Positions 1 to 8,501 of a stretch of 64,000 bases of DNA are shown here, piece after piece. Both the position numbers and the translations under genes were made by a program. The DNA is from a virus. Its lineage: Duplodnaviria; Caudoviricetes. Under the pieces are notes generated by a model, which saw nothing but the letters and a program-made list of their open reading frames with translations, was not told the origin of the DNA and ran no database searches. The stretch spans positions 3,469 to 67,468 of IMG/VR virus record IMGVR_UViG_3300022561_000008. One strand, given 5' to 3'. How positions within the stretch are numbered: position 1 is the first letter of the stretch; every line of letters begins with the position of its first letter.

Positions 1-1
1 T

Positions 2-166
2 GGTGCACCACAATATCCATTTGCAGCCAATGATGAATTCGCAAGAATCACAAAAGAGAATGAAGCTAAGGCTCAGCAGGAAAATGCTAAGATAGAAGCT
101 ACGGCTAAAGCAAAACAGACAGGTATGAATCAACCTAATAAAGCAAGAGAAAATGCAGGAATTTAA
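2..166 (+). CDS. Probable portal protein, C-terminal fragment (5' partial)
   Basis: Open frame GAPQYPFAANDEFARITKENEAKAQQ...AGI* ending TAA at 164-166; resembles acidic helical portal C-termini. Confidence 0.4.
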   Translation, partial: GAPQYPFAANDEFARITKENEAKAQQENAKIEATAKAKQTGMNQPNKARENAGI

Positions 167-620
167 TACACAACCACCGGAAGCCAGATTCGTTCTGGAG
201 CATATACAGCAGGCTTTTCTTGGAGAGGAAGTGCCAATTACCTGTGCGTTCAATGAGTACGCTGTTGCGAAGGCCCAGAGAATATCGGGTCAGGTAGATT
301 ACGTAGCGGTAAAATGGGACTTCTCGCTTTACGTGCCTCGGATCGTTTTTGATCCAAATTGTTTTAATGGGACTATTGTCAAGCTACTTTGCTTGTATGT
401 GTATAGCAAGGTTGCAGAAATCGTAAAGCCACCGGAGCCGAAGAAGGTTGAAGCGTTTTTTACGAAGTCTCCTGCAAAAATGTCTGGGGATGAATTGAAA
501 TTCGAACTCAAAATGATTCACGGACTTTCAGATGAGAAGGTTGCAGAGTACCGTTCGATGCCTTCAAGAGTCGCAAAAGTCATTGAGATGAGGAAGATAG
601 CAGATGGAAACAGAAAGTAA
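153..620 (+). CDS. Hypothetical protein
   Basis: 155-aa ORF overlapping the upstream stop. Confidence 0.7.
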   Translation: MQEFNTQPPEARFVLEHIQQAFLGEEVPITCAFNEYAVAKAQRISGQVDYVAVKWDFSLYVPRIVFDPNCFNGTIVKLLCLYVYSKVAEIVKPPEPKKVEAFFTKSPAKMSGDELKFELKMIHGLSDEKVAEYRSMPSRVAKVIEMRKIADGNRK

Positions 621-951
621 AGACCAATTCACAACGTTTACGGTGAGGGGAAATGCAACCCTCATCGGAAGCCTGTATCGACAAGCCGACAAGCACTTCA
701 AGGGTAAGGTAAACATCCTGACAGATAAACTCATTAATGACTATTTAGATGTCCATTGGAATGACCCTATGATTACCAGCTACATAGGCGAGCGCGGGCA
801 AGGAATAAGAGATCCGTACTATAAATACAATTTCCAAATCAGAAAGAGTACGCGGGATCGGATTGATCAATTTGCATACGATCTGCAACTTCCAAGGGCG
901 GTTATTGCGAGTACGGCACTTCGGATCTGGTTTATGGGATTAGGAGAGTAA
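604..951 (+). CDS. Putative ribbon-helix-helix-like DNA-binding protein (two repeats)
   Basis: TTFTVRG..helix and YKYNFQIRKSTRDRIDQFAYDLQLPRAVIASTAL fit a beta-strand + two-helix pattern. Confidence 0.4.
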   Translation: METESKDQFTTFTVRGNATLIGSLYRQADKHFKGKVNILTDKLINDYLDVHWNDPMITSYIGERGQGIRDPYYKYNFQIRKSTRDRIDQFAYDLQLPRAVIASTALRIWFMGLGE

Positions 952-957
952 AAAAGA

Positions 958-1000
958 AACCCGTACAGGTAATATATGATGATTATTACCTGTACGGGTT
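958..1000. terminator. Bidirectional intrinsic terminator
   Basis: Perfect 17-bp inverted repeat AACCCGTACAGGTAATA (958-974) / TATTACCTGTACGGGTT (984-1000) between convergent genes. Confidence 0.8.
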
Positions 1001-1016
1001 ATTTTGTGTCCCAATT

Positions 1017-1520
1017 TTATGAAATATTTGGGACGCAATTTAATGGGAAATTTGGTCTAGCAAACTCTTTGTGATATTTTATACAGGCAACATCAAAGGC
1101 TCGTGCTGCATCTTCTTCAATAATAAAGCGCCCTAGGTGAGTACACTTCCCTTCTGGCTTTATGGCAACCTCCCATATTTTATCTCTACTATTCCAAGAT
1201 ACTCCCCTGTAAATAGAAGAACAATTTTTTTGAGGCCTCTGATTCATACGATTTTCTTGATTGGTACAATGTCTTAGGTTGTATCTCTGATTATTTAATC
1301 CATCCCCATCGCGATGATCTACAATTGGACTTAATATGTTTTCGCCCATGATAAGTCTGTGCATTCTATATTTCTTCTGTCTGCCATTAATCCTAACAGA
1401 CCTTACGGCGTAGTATGTATTTCCATCCTTATGAGCACTCCACTTCCACTGATTTAGCCATTCAAAATCTTCATCATCAACTTTAGCAAATTTTCCTTGT
1501 GTTAATTCTATTGACCTCAT
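1017..1520 (-). CDS. HNH homing endonuclease with C-terminal AP2 domain
   Basis: IELTQGKFAKVDDEDF N-terminus, VDHRDGDGLNNQRYNL HNH motif, SIYRGV..W...HLGRF..EEDAARAFD AP2 motif. Confidence 0.9.
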   Translation of the reverse strand: MRSIELTQGKFAKVDDEDFEWLNQWKWSAHKDGNTYYAVRSVRINGRQKKYRMHRLIMGENILSPIVDHRDGDGLNNQRYNLRHCTNQENRMNQRPQKNCSSIYRGVSWNSRDKIWEVAIKPEGKCTHLGRFIIEEDAARAFDVACIKYHKEFARPNFPLNCVPNIS

Positions 1521-1619
1521 TATTAAATGTTTTAAAACAACAAACCCCCAAACTCAGCTTGCAGACTAAGAATGAAGGTTTGTTAAAAAATATTATCAAT
1601 TATGCTGCAAGACATGCGA

Positions 1620-1627
1620 CAAATATA
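1620..1627 (-). promoter_or_regulatory. Bacteroidota sigma-A -7 box (TATATTTG)
   Basis: Matches TAnnTTTG about 100 nt upstream of the HNH start. Confidence 0.6.
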
Positions 1628-1805
1628 CAAAATAAAATTGAGATTACCAAATATTATCTGCACGGGTTATACGTGGCAGTTATAACCGTCCGAGGTTATC
1701 ATTATACCCGCTAATGTAATTTTGCGTACATTATTATGTTCATAGTAATATAAATGAGATACTTAACTATTTTTAATCCTCGGAGCGGGTATAGCTCGGA
1801 TATAA

Positions 1806-2348
1806 CTACCTGATTATCAGTTTTTCTGGGATAATAACCCCCAATTCTAATAATGTTTTTGGAGTATATCCAACCGCTTCACAACTAACATTAACATACC
1901 TATCGTTTTGGATTTTATCTTTATGGATATGCCCGTGAATGTTGCGATAGAAATGTCCCATAATTTCAGATTCAATTATTGGTATGTGTGTGAGCATTAA
2001 TCCTTTGTAGTTAATGCAACCAGAAACAGAATGCACGTGCTTTAATAATTCCGGTACATCCTGAAGCCTATCGTGATTGCCTAATATCACGTGCTTTAAT
2101 CCATTCAGTCTATCAAGAAGTGAGTATGGTGATTTCTTCTCCATTGTTAGATCGCCAAGAATATAGGTTACATCCTTTTTGCCAACTACCTTATTCCATT
2201 GGCTTATAATATATTCGTCATGCTCTTCGATAGAAGCAAACCCACGCATCCCTATGATTAGGTTTGTGTGACTAAAATGCAGGTCGCTTATAAAACGTAC
2301 TATTCCGCTCATTTTTTTAAAATATATGTTGGCATTTTCCATCGCCAT
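1806..2348 (-). CDS. Calcineurin-like metallophosphoesterase
   Basis: SDLHF, LGD, GNHD, THIP and HGHIH motifs. Confidence 0.9.
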   Translation of the reverse strand: MAMENANIYFKKMSGIVRFISDLHFSHTNLIIGMRGFASIEEHDEYIISQWNKVVGKKDVTYILGDLTMEKKSPYSLLDRLNGLKHVILGNHDRLQDVPELLKHVHSVSGCINYKGLMLTHIPIIESEIMGHFYRNIHGHIHKDKIQNDRYVNVSCEAVGYTPKTLLELGVIIPEKLIIR

Positions 2349-3840
2349 TTATAATCACATCTCCAACACCCCAACTACTTAATCCTAAGTTATATCCATG
2401 CTCTAAATCTTGGCATCCCACCACTAAGCTCCCATCTTGGCGCGATGGAGTATGACTATGAGCTGTCACTGTTTTCGATGAAAGATTCTTAAACTGAACC
2501 GAGCTGCCGCGACTACCATTGGCTCCACGATCTCCATGTAAATTTAATTCAATTCCACATACTACAATACTGTCGTCTACCTTAGTTGCCACAATGCCTA
2601 ATTCACGCACCAAATACGGGAATACACCATCAGGCTCACGTAAAGCAATCGGGAGCAATTCGGCGTACTTCAGAGCATTTGGAATATCTTTTTTCCAATC
2701 CATGTTAGCTATATAGCGATCAATCATATTGTCATGGTTTGACGGAATAATCCTAATGTCATCGCACAGGAGATTCAGTTCCGACAGATACTCCAACGTG
2801 TCCTCAATCTCGTTGGCCAGACTATTTCTACCAGACTCAAATCTCTTAACTTTCAGGATCGGATTCTTTTCTTCGTGGGGATTTACTGACTCCGCGTCCA
2901 TGACATCGTGTAGGATAAGCATCTTTGGGTTTATGGCGATTATGCGAGACCTAATCCTGATCCGTGCTTCCTGAGAAAGTTTCGCTGTATGGAGGTCTCC
3001 TAATATAAGGGCTTCTACTTGCGGAGCTTTCACTACTTCTCCGGAGATAACCTGCTTATCCATATCTATAAAACTACCGTCGTCACATGCTGTAACGTAA
3101 TGCATGTCCCCATCTGTAACTATTACGAAACCATATGTATGGTGGAACTCTCCCTTCTTTCCCGTCTTGCTATCGGTGTAGTTCGGTAGAGTACAAGCTC
3201 CGGTCGTCATCATAATCTTTGGCGCATGCCCTTTTGGGACTGGCATAAACTGCATGTGCACCCTTGGATGTCCAAATATACACGACTCAGATGCGGATAG
3301 CCCGTTTAGTCCTGATAATGGCGTAACCGCTGTGGGCTGAATCTTTACGTCAGACATTAACTGAATACCATCAAAAAGATCATGTCTGTTAGCGTCCAAA
3401 TAGGGCAAGACTTCTGCGCACCAGACATCATTGGGTGCATCAGAAAAAACCGAGTTTGGGTTCTTGTAGCGGCTAGCAATCACATGCACCTCTGCACCTT
3501 TGAATCTGGCGTAGGCTAACAGATTATCCCAAAATGGTTTATGTATGGGCGTTGAGTTTAATGCTGTTGTGATTATGTAGGTTTTGGATGGCGTGAGTTT
3601 CTTGTGTGAGGCTTTCTCGTATTCGTTATTTTTGCATAGGACATTCATGTATAGCTGGTAGAGATCCATATGAACTCCGGCGACAGGATTTCCGGCAGAC
3701 CCAAGCATTTTACGAACCCTGTATCTTGCGCCTTCTGCATCAATAGATGGGTCTTGTCTTACCATTTCCTTGGCAATAGCTCTCTTGTTTGTAATGCCTT
3801 TCGCAATACATTCCCTAATTACTTGTTCAGTGAAAATCAT
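2317..3840 (-). CDS. Large phage protein with C-terminal metallophosphoesterase fold
   Basis: GDLH, LHD, SNHD, HGD and AHSH motifs in the C-terminal half; HTH-like N-terminus. Confidence 0.7.
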   Translation of the reverse strand: MIFTEQVIRECIAKGITNKRAIAKEMVRQDPSIDAEGARYRVRKMLGSAGNPVAGVHMDLYQLYMNVLCKNNEYEKASHKKLTPSKTYIITTALNSTPIHKPFWDNLLAYARFKGAEVHVIASRYKNPNSVFSDAPNDVWCAEVLPYLDANRHDLFDGIQLMSDVKIQPTAVTPLSGLNGLSASESCIFGHPRVHMQFMPVPKGHAPKIMMTTGACTLPNYTDSKTGKKGEFHHTYGFVIVTDGDMHYVTACDDGSFIDMDKQVISGEVVKAPQVEALILGDLHTAKLSQEARIRIRSRIIAINPKMLILHDVMDAESVNPHEEKNPILKVKRFESGRNSLANEIEDTLEYLSELNLLCDDIRIIPSNHDNMIDRYIANMDWKKDIPNALKYAELLPIALREPDGVFPYLVRELGIVATKVDDSIVVCGIELNLHGDRGANGSRGSSVQFKNLSSKTVTAHSHTPSRQDGSLVVGCQDLEHGYNLGLSSWGVGDVIINGDGKCQHIF

Positions 3841-3876
3841 TTATGATCGGTATTAGTTAGTACAAAGATAATATAT

Positions 3877-4386
3877 TTATTGGATAATGCAAATATTATT
3901 AGGGAAATTTAATCTGTTGAATTCTGGGTTACGCTTTATAGCTGCTACGTCGTATGCACGCGCTGCATCTTCCTTGCCATTAAAGTATCCAAGGTACTTC
4001 TGCTTTCCATTTATTCCTATGTACGCCTCCCATTTTTGCATCAATTTATTCCAACGAACTCCCCTATATCCCGATGTGCTGTTCTTATTTAAACCCCTAT
4101 TCATCATATTTTCTTGGTGGGTACAGGGCTTTAAATTATATTTCTGATTATTTAATCCATCTCCATCCTTGTGATCTATACTTGATTTTGAAGGATTATA
4201 TCCCATGATAAATTGATGCATGTACTGAGTCTTCTGTCTACCATTAGATGTAATATTTCTTACAGCGTAATAAACGCATCCATTTTTGCTTTTCCGAGCA
4301 TGCCACTTGCCTGCCTTTATTACCCTATCGTAATCCTCATCGTCTACTCGTGCAAATAATCCCTGACTTAGCGGTATTAATCTCAT
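3877..4386 (-). CDS. HNH homing endonuclease with AP2 domain (paralog of 1017..1520)
   Basis: IDHKDGDGLNNQKYNL, SGYRGV..W.AYI..YLGYF..EDAARAYD; start moved to MRLIPLSQG at 4386. Confidence 0.9.
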   Translation of the reverse strand: MRLIPLSQGLFARVDDEDYDRVIKAGKWHARKSKNGCVYYAVRNITSNGRQKTQYMHQFIMGYNPSKSSIDHKDGDGLNNQKYNLKPCTHQENMMNRGLNKNSTSGYRGVRWNKLMQKWEAYIGINGKQKYLGYFNGKEDAARAYDVAAIKRNPEFNRLNFPNNICIIQ

Positions 4387-4525
4387 TGTTTTAATATAAA
4401 AAGAAAACCTCAAAAGAAAGGATACGAGCCAATCTAATGAGGTTGTTCAGTTTTTAAACTGAAATATTTTATTGCGATCTCGTATTTCGCGGTGTAAATA
4501 TACGAAATACAATTGACAATACCAA

Positions 4526-4675
4526 ATAAAATTCGTCTATTTCCGAATCGCCAGTAATGATTGATCATGGTGGGTAAAGAATGCTCTAACACTCCGCAAA
4601 CCCATCCTGACTATTCGATCTGATCAACCTTCGCTCCCGTATACCGACGGGGGTCTTATGATTGCGGGTGTTTTG
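4526..4675 (-). ncRNA. Candidate structured RNA 3' of the tRNA, ending in a terminator-like hairpin
   Basis: Several complementary segments with crossing topology (see findings); no ORF. Confidence 0.35.
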
Positions 4676-4677
4676 TG

Positions 4678-4750
4678 AGCCGGATGTAGGATTTGAACCC
4701 ACGACCCGCTGAGTACAAATCAGCAGCTCTACCAACTGAGCTAATCCGGC
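4678..4750 (-). tRNA. trnT: tRNA-Thr (anticodon UGU)
   Basis: GCCGGAT/ATCCGGC acceptor stem, AGCTCAGTTGGTAGAGC D-arm, GCTGA-TTTGTAC-TCAGC anticodon arm, GGTTCAAATCC T-loop; CCA not encoded. Confidence 0.95.
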
Positions 4751-4889
4751 ATAGGTTTTTAAGTTGTTTATATTGAGGTGTAACCAAGAACTGTATTTAT
4801 CAAACTAAAAACCTCGCTTGTGTCTCAAGTGCTTGAGTCAACCCATTTATAATGCGCAGGTTTGATTTGGCGCGTAATTAATATTATGA

Positions 4890-5261
4890 TCAGAACGGAA
4901 GATCATCGCCATCTTTCTGATCTCCACCACTTTGCGTATCCATTGGTGGTAAGTCGTCCGCGGGTTTTGGTTTCGCCCCAGAAGTTTTAGTAATATTCAC
5001 CCTCCATGCCGTTACGTTCGAGAAATACTTGCCCTGATATTCGCGTGACTCCACATTGAATCCAACCTCAACCTCGTCATCGACCCGCATATCGGCGATT
5101 AGTTCCGGTTTGTTGAATACGGTGAAGGCTACTTGTTTTGGGTAAGAACCTTCCTGTTCCTCAATTACGAAGTCTTGTTTTTCCCATGCCTTACCTGCCG
5201 CGCTCGTTCCAGATACTTCTGGAAGAATTGCTACTACTTTTCCACTAATTTTTAAATCCAT
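4890..5261 (-). CDS. DUF3127 family protein (SSB-like OB fold)
   Basis: GKAWEKQDFVIE..YPKQVAF..VGFNVESREYQGKYF motif; acidic DDLPF tail. Confidence 0.85.
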   Translation of the reverse strand: MDLKISGKVVAILPEVSGTSAAGKAWEKQDFVIEEQEGSYPKQVAFTVFNKPELIADMRVDDEVEVGFNVESREYQGKYFSNVTAWRVNITKTSGAKPKPADDLPPMDTQSGGDQKDGDDLPF

Positions 5262-5662
5262 TATTCTGCTGTTTTATTTGTTTCTACTCCTACTATATCT
5301 CCTGCTGTTACTCCTGCCGTTTCCTTCATCTCCCGTAACGCCTTCTCCTCTTCGATAATAGCTAAGTCATCTTCTGGTGTGATCTCTTTGTTTAGATCGG
5401 CAAAGTATGAGTTGTGCCATTTGATCCAAGCCTCCACGTACATTGGATTCTGAATTGCTAAAATACTGAATGTTTGAGTTCCGGCAAATGCGACTTCAAA
5501 ATACTTGCGCCATTCGTCATCTTTGCAGTCCTCGAAAAATTTCTCGATGTTTTCTGGCGCTGCTCCCATTCTGAAATTCCATGATTTATTCTCGTGGGAT
5601 ACTTTTAAGTAACCATTTTCTTTCTCGCAGATGTAACTGCCGAGTTTAATGTTTTTTTTCAT
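5261..5662 (-). CDS. Hypothetical protein
   Basis: 133-aa ORF in a coupled operon. Confidence 0.7.
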   Translation of the reverse strand: MKKNIKLGSYICEKENGYLKVSHENKSWNFRMGAAPENIEKFFEDCKDDEWRKYFEVAFAGTQTFSILAIQNPMYVEAWIKWHNSYFADLNKEITPEDDLAIIEEEKALREMKETAGVTAGDIVGVETNKTAE

Positions 5663-6057
5663 TTGTTGTTTTTAAATCTGTAAAATTGAAATAAGGACAT
5701 CTTTTTGATTGAAGCAATTTCTGCACTGTGCGATACTTTGAGTTTTAAAAGAATCCAGTCGCATTCCTTTTTTACCTTAGATAAGCCTTCGTTATGCTCA
5801 TCACGCACATCACCAAGCTCTTTTCGCGCCTTCTTCAACTCCTCTGCGATGGCATTAACAGCCTCGTCGCTTGACTGAATAAAAGAATCTGTAATTTTGT
5901 ATCTTGAAGGAACGTAGTCAAATCCATTTATATATGCGTCATTCCCTTCTATGACCTTAACGCTAAACGTAATAGTTTTTACTCCTAACGCTAATTCCTG
6001 ACTACGGCGCTTAAGTTCGTTATATTCCTCTAAATCAATCGTTGCTGTTGGTTTCAT
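5659..6057 (-). CDS. Hypothetical protein
   Basis: 132-aa ORF with ATGA overlap. Confidence 0.7.
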   Translation of the reverse strand: MKPTATIDLEEYNELKRRSQELALGVKTITFSVKVIEGNDAYINGFDYVPSRYKITDSFIQSSDEAVNAIAEELKKARKELGDVRDEHNEGLSKVKKECDWILLKLKVSHSAEIASIKKMSLFQFYRFKNNK

Positions 6058-6061
6058 CTTT

Positions 6062-6286
6062 TTACGTGTAATATTTTACGTCCCTTCCATCCCTATTTGC
6101 AAAGCTCATCTTCACTATTCCTACGCCTTTCAGCTTCTCGATTGTTTCTTTCGTGCCGACCCGATCCTTTCCATTTATTGACACCACGAATATATCTGTA
6201 TCGTTAAGTTCCTGATCTAATTTCAACCCCACGTCAGGTTCTGGTTTTGGTTTTGGTGGGGGCTTTTTGGGTCTTGTTGGAGCCAT
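6062..6286 (-). CDS. Hypothetical protein
   Basis: 74-aa ORF in operon. Confidence 0.6.
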   Translation of the reverse strand: MAPTRPKKPPPKPKPEPDVGLKLDQELNDTDIFVVSINGKDRVGTKETIEKLKGVGIVKMSFANRDGRDVKYYT

Positions 6287-6353
6287 TATTTTCTGTCTTT
6301 ATGAAGAAGCCATAACTCGTAGAATTCTACTTCTAATTTCGATAAGTCTGCCA

Positions 6354-6643
6354 TTATTCTGAATCCTCCCCCTTCGTTGAAAATTGAAATACCAACTGAT
6401 TGGCAATATGATTAAATTCAAAATGATTCTTGTTCTCCCCGGTAAATCCATTGAAAATCATTGTAGGCATTAGATTTGCCAAGGCATGAAAAAATTGAGT
6501 AAGATTATCGCCTTCCTGTAATTCTTCGCCATAAATTTTGTATTCGTTTTCGGTATCTGGTCTAACATGTCAGCAACTACCGCAGATAGCATAGACGCAT
6601 AATGCAGATACTTTTCGTCCTTCTTTTCTGTTTTCTTTTTCAT
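6354..6643 (-). pseudogene. Frameshifted small phage gene (single-base deletion near 6559)
   Basis: ATG at 6643; 290 nt = 97 codons minus 1 nt; adding one C joins MKKK..ADMLD to PDTENEYKIYGEELQEGDNLTQFFHALAN..SE*; stop overlaps next ATG (TAATG). Confidence 0.6.
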
Positions 6644-6653
6644 TTTGTTGATT

Positions 6654-6896
6654 TTATGATTCGAAAGTTATGGTTACTGAATCGAGGATTTGCCAATATT
6701 CTACATTGAAACAACTAAACCAATCTTCACAATAATAACCAATTTCCGAAGATCTGTTATCGTTCCCTTTAGCCAATACCACACCTACCTTATTGTCGGA
6801 AAACAAAATAATCGCACTGTCTTTTTTAGACTTGGCAATAACCGGAAATTTTTGTTTATCTTCTTTCGTTTCCTCTTCTACAATTTTACTTTTCAT
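6654..6896 (-). CDS. Hypothetical protein
   Basis: 80-aa ORF preceded by TATCTTTG near 6922. Confidence 0.7.
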   Translation of the reverse strand: MKSKIVEEETKEDKQKFPVIAKSKKDSAIILFSDNKVGVVLAKGNDNRSSEIGYYCEDWFSCFNVEYWQILDSVTITFES

Positions 6897-6955
6897 TTTC
6901 TTCTCTTATTAGTTTATAAATACAAAGATAATACATTTATTCATACTTCCAACTA

Positions 6956-7447
6956 TTATTCCATTTTTATTTCGTAATTCCACAACATTTTAAAAGAAAT
7001 GTTTTCAATAGCATATTCCATAAACTTCCCACTCCTTTTAAAATCAAACATGTACTCCTTATTTCCCTGCTCAATTAACCAACCCAATTTCATGCAAGCG
7101 TAATTGGTATTCAGCCTCGTAATCATATTCCACTCAACCAGCCCTGTCAACTGCTCCCGACACTGGAGAAAGTATTGCATAAAATCTATATCCAGTACTC
7201 GTAGCATCCGTCCATCTACAATAGAAACGAACTGGTCGGGTCGGTACGTTTCCTGTACGTTTATAAGCACGTAGGAGAAAAGAGACACGTATTCATTCTC
7301 TTCCTGTAAGTCCGGCACGTCTCTTGCCTCCAATTCCCGTACTCTCGCATCAGCTACAGCAAGAAAGCGTTTGACTGGACTATTTAGGTTCGCATAGAAG
7401 CGGGCAAGTGAGGCGGACTCGTGGGAGTAGAGGAGGGCGTATTTCAC
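6956..7447 (-). CDS. Hypothetical protein
   Basis: 163-aa ORF. Confidence 0.7.
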   Translation of the reverse strand: MKYALLYSHESASLARFYANLNSPVKRFLAVADARVRELEARDVPDLQEENEYVSLFSYVLINVQETYRPDQFVSIVDGRMLRVLDIDFMQYFLQCREQLTGLVEWNMITRLNTNYACMKLGWLIEQGNKEYMFDFKRSGKFMEYAIENISFKMLWNYEIKME

Positions 7448-7815
7448 TTACTTTTATTTAAAGAATAATGGATATTGCCAATTATCTTAATTTTATCTCC
7501 TTTACCATATCCAGAAACACAAGATAACCCTATTATATACCCACAATCTCCATGACCGTAAGATATATCCTTATAATAATCAAGACCCACAGCTTGATTT
7601 TGAACCCCGTCGTTTATAATATCCCCAACAAAAATATCGCCTCCGGTATCGTCTGTAAATATATATTTCTCAATGATCCAATTACTAGGAGAAAACATAC
7701 AATTTTCTACACTCCCATTAAACATTTCTCCGTAAGGATTAACTAATACATATTCATTAGGAACATACATTTTTTCTTTTGAATCCCAAACTCTAAATAA
7801 TGGTTTATTTTTCAT
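7444..7815 (-). CDS. YopX family protein
   Basis: LFRVWD N-terminus, DIFVGDII and IIGNIH motifs. Confidence 0.8.
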   Translation of the reverse strand: MKNKPLFRVWDSKEKMYVPNEYVLVNPYGEMFNGSVENCMFSPSNWIIEKYIFTDDTGGDIFVGDIINDGVQNQAVGLDYYKDISYGHGDCGYIIGLSCVSGYGKGDKIKIIGNIHYSLNKSK

Positions 7816-7827
7816 CTTTATATTTGT

Positions 7828-8100
7828 TCACTTAAAATCAGTTGCGTAACAATCTTCCGTAATCGTCCAATCATCCAACAACATCTCCACGAATGCCTCG
7901 TCCATAGCCTCTTTATTTTTATAGTGTCCGATCACAACCCAATTGAGCGTATTACTTCGGGTTGCTTTCTGTCTTTCTATTTCCGTGGTACGCTTGTTTT
8001 TTCTGATTATTCGGAACCCGCGCTGGACTTTCCAGAGCTGGGAGAATTTCCCAGAGTGGTCTTCATTGTCTGGGTTTTTGGGATATTGGATTGCTTGCAT
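7828..8100 (-). CDS. Hypothetical protein
   Basis: 90-aa ORF. Confidence 0.55.
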   Translation of the reverse strand: MQAIQYPKNPDNEDHSGKFSQLWKVQRGFRIIRKNKRTTEIERQKATRSNTLNWVVIGHYKNKEAMDEAFVEMLLDDWTITEDCYATDFK

Positions 8101-8234
8101 CTCTTCAATTTTGTTATCATCATTTTTGCCTTCCTTTTCGTATTCAGGGTCTTATTGTCACTACCCTGTATTCGCTCGATCTCTGTCAGTAGGATTAGTA
8201 ACTGCTGGCGGGTTTGGTTGCTTACTTGGATCAT
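8007..8234 (-). CDS. Hypothetical protein
   Basis: 75-aa ORF overlapping the next gene by 94 nt. Confidence 0.45.
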   Translation of the reverse strand: MIQVSNQTRQQLLILLTEIERIQGSDNKTLNTKRKAKMMITKLKRCKQSNIPKTQTMKTTLGNSPSSGKSSAGSE

Positions 8235-8241
8235 GCCACTT

Positions 8242-8490
8242 TTATTTTATCACATCCTTTCCTAAGCATTGATATTGCGCATAATCAAATTTTTCACACC
8301 AATCTTGTATTTCGCCCTCGCATGTAAATTCTATTCCATTCCATAGCGAATTAAACCTTATATCTTTTGTTGTATGGCTAACTATAACGCTCCATCCATT
8401 TCCGTTATTTCGATAACTAAATTCAAATCCCTTGTTTTTACCTACATAATAATCTGAATGCCACCTTCTTTGTTTTCTGTAAAATTTCAT
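8242..8490 (-). CDS. Hypothetical protein
   Basis: 82-aa ORF. Confidence 0.65.
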   Translation of the reverse strand: MKFYRKQRRWHSDYYVGKNKGFEFSYRNNGNGWSVIVSHTTKDIRFNSLWNGIEFTCEGEIQDWCEKFDYAQYQCLGKDVIK

Positions 8491-8501
8491 CTCTTCTATT
8501 T

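Noticed and set aside
4526-4675. Theta/HDV, twister, hammerhead ribozyme, tmRNA or group I intron assignment
   Set aside because: Partial look-alikes (TAACAC, ATAGTC, ACCCACCA) lack the remaining required core elements; kept only as an unknown structured RNA
4678-4750. tRNA as an attP/attL remnant marking a prophage boundary
   Set aside because: Full-length tRNA with phage genes on both sides, about 29 kb from the integrase, with no partial duplicate found
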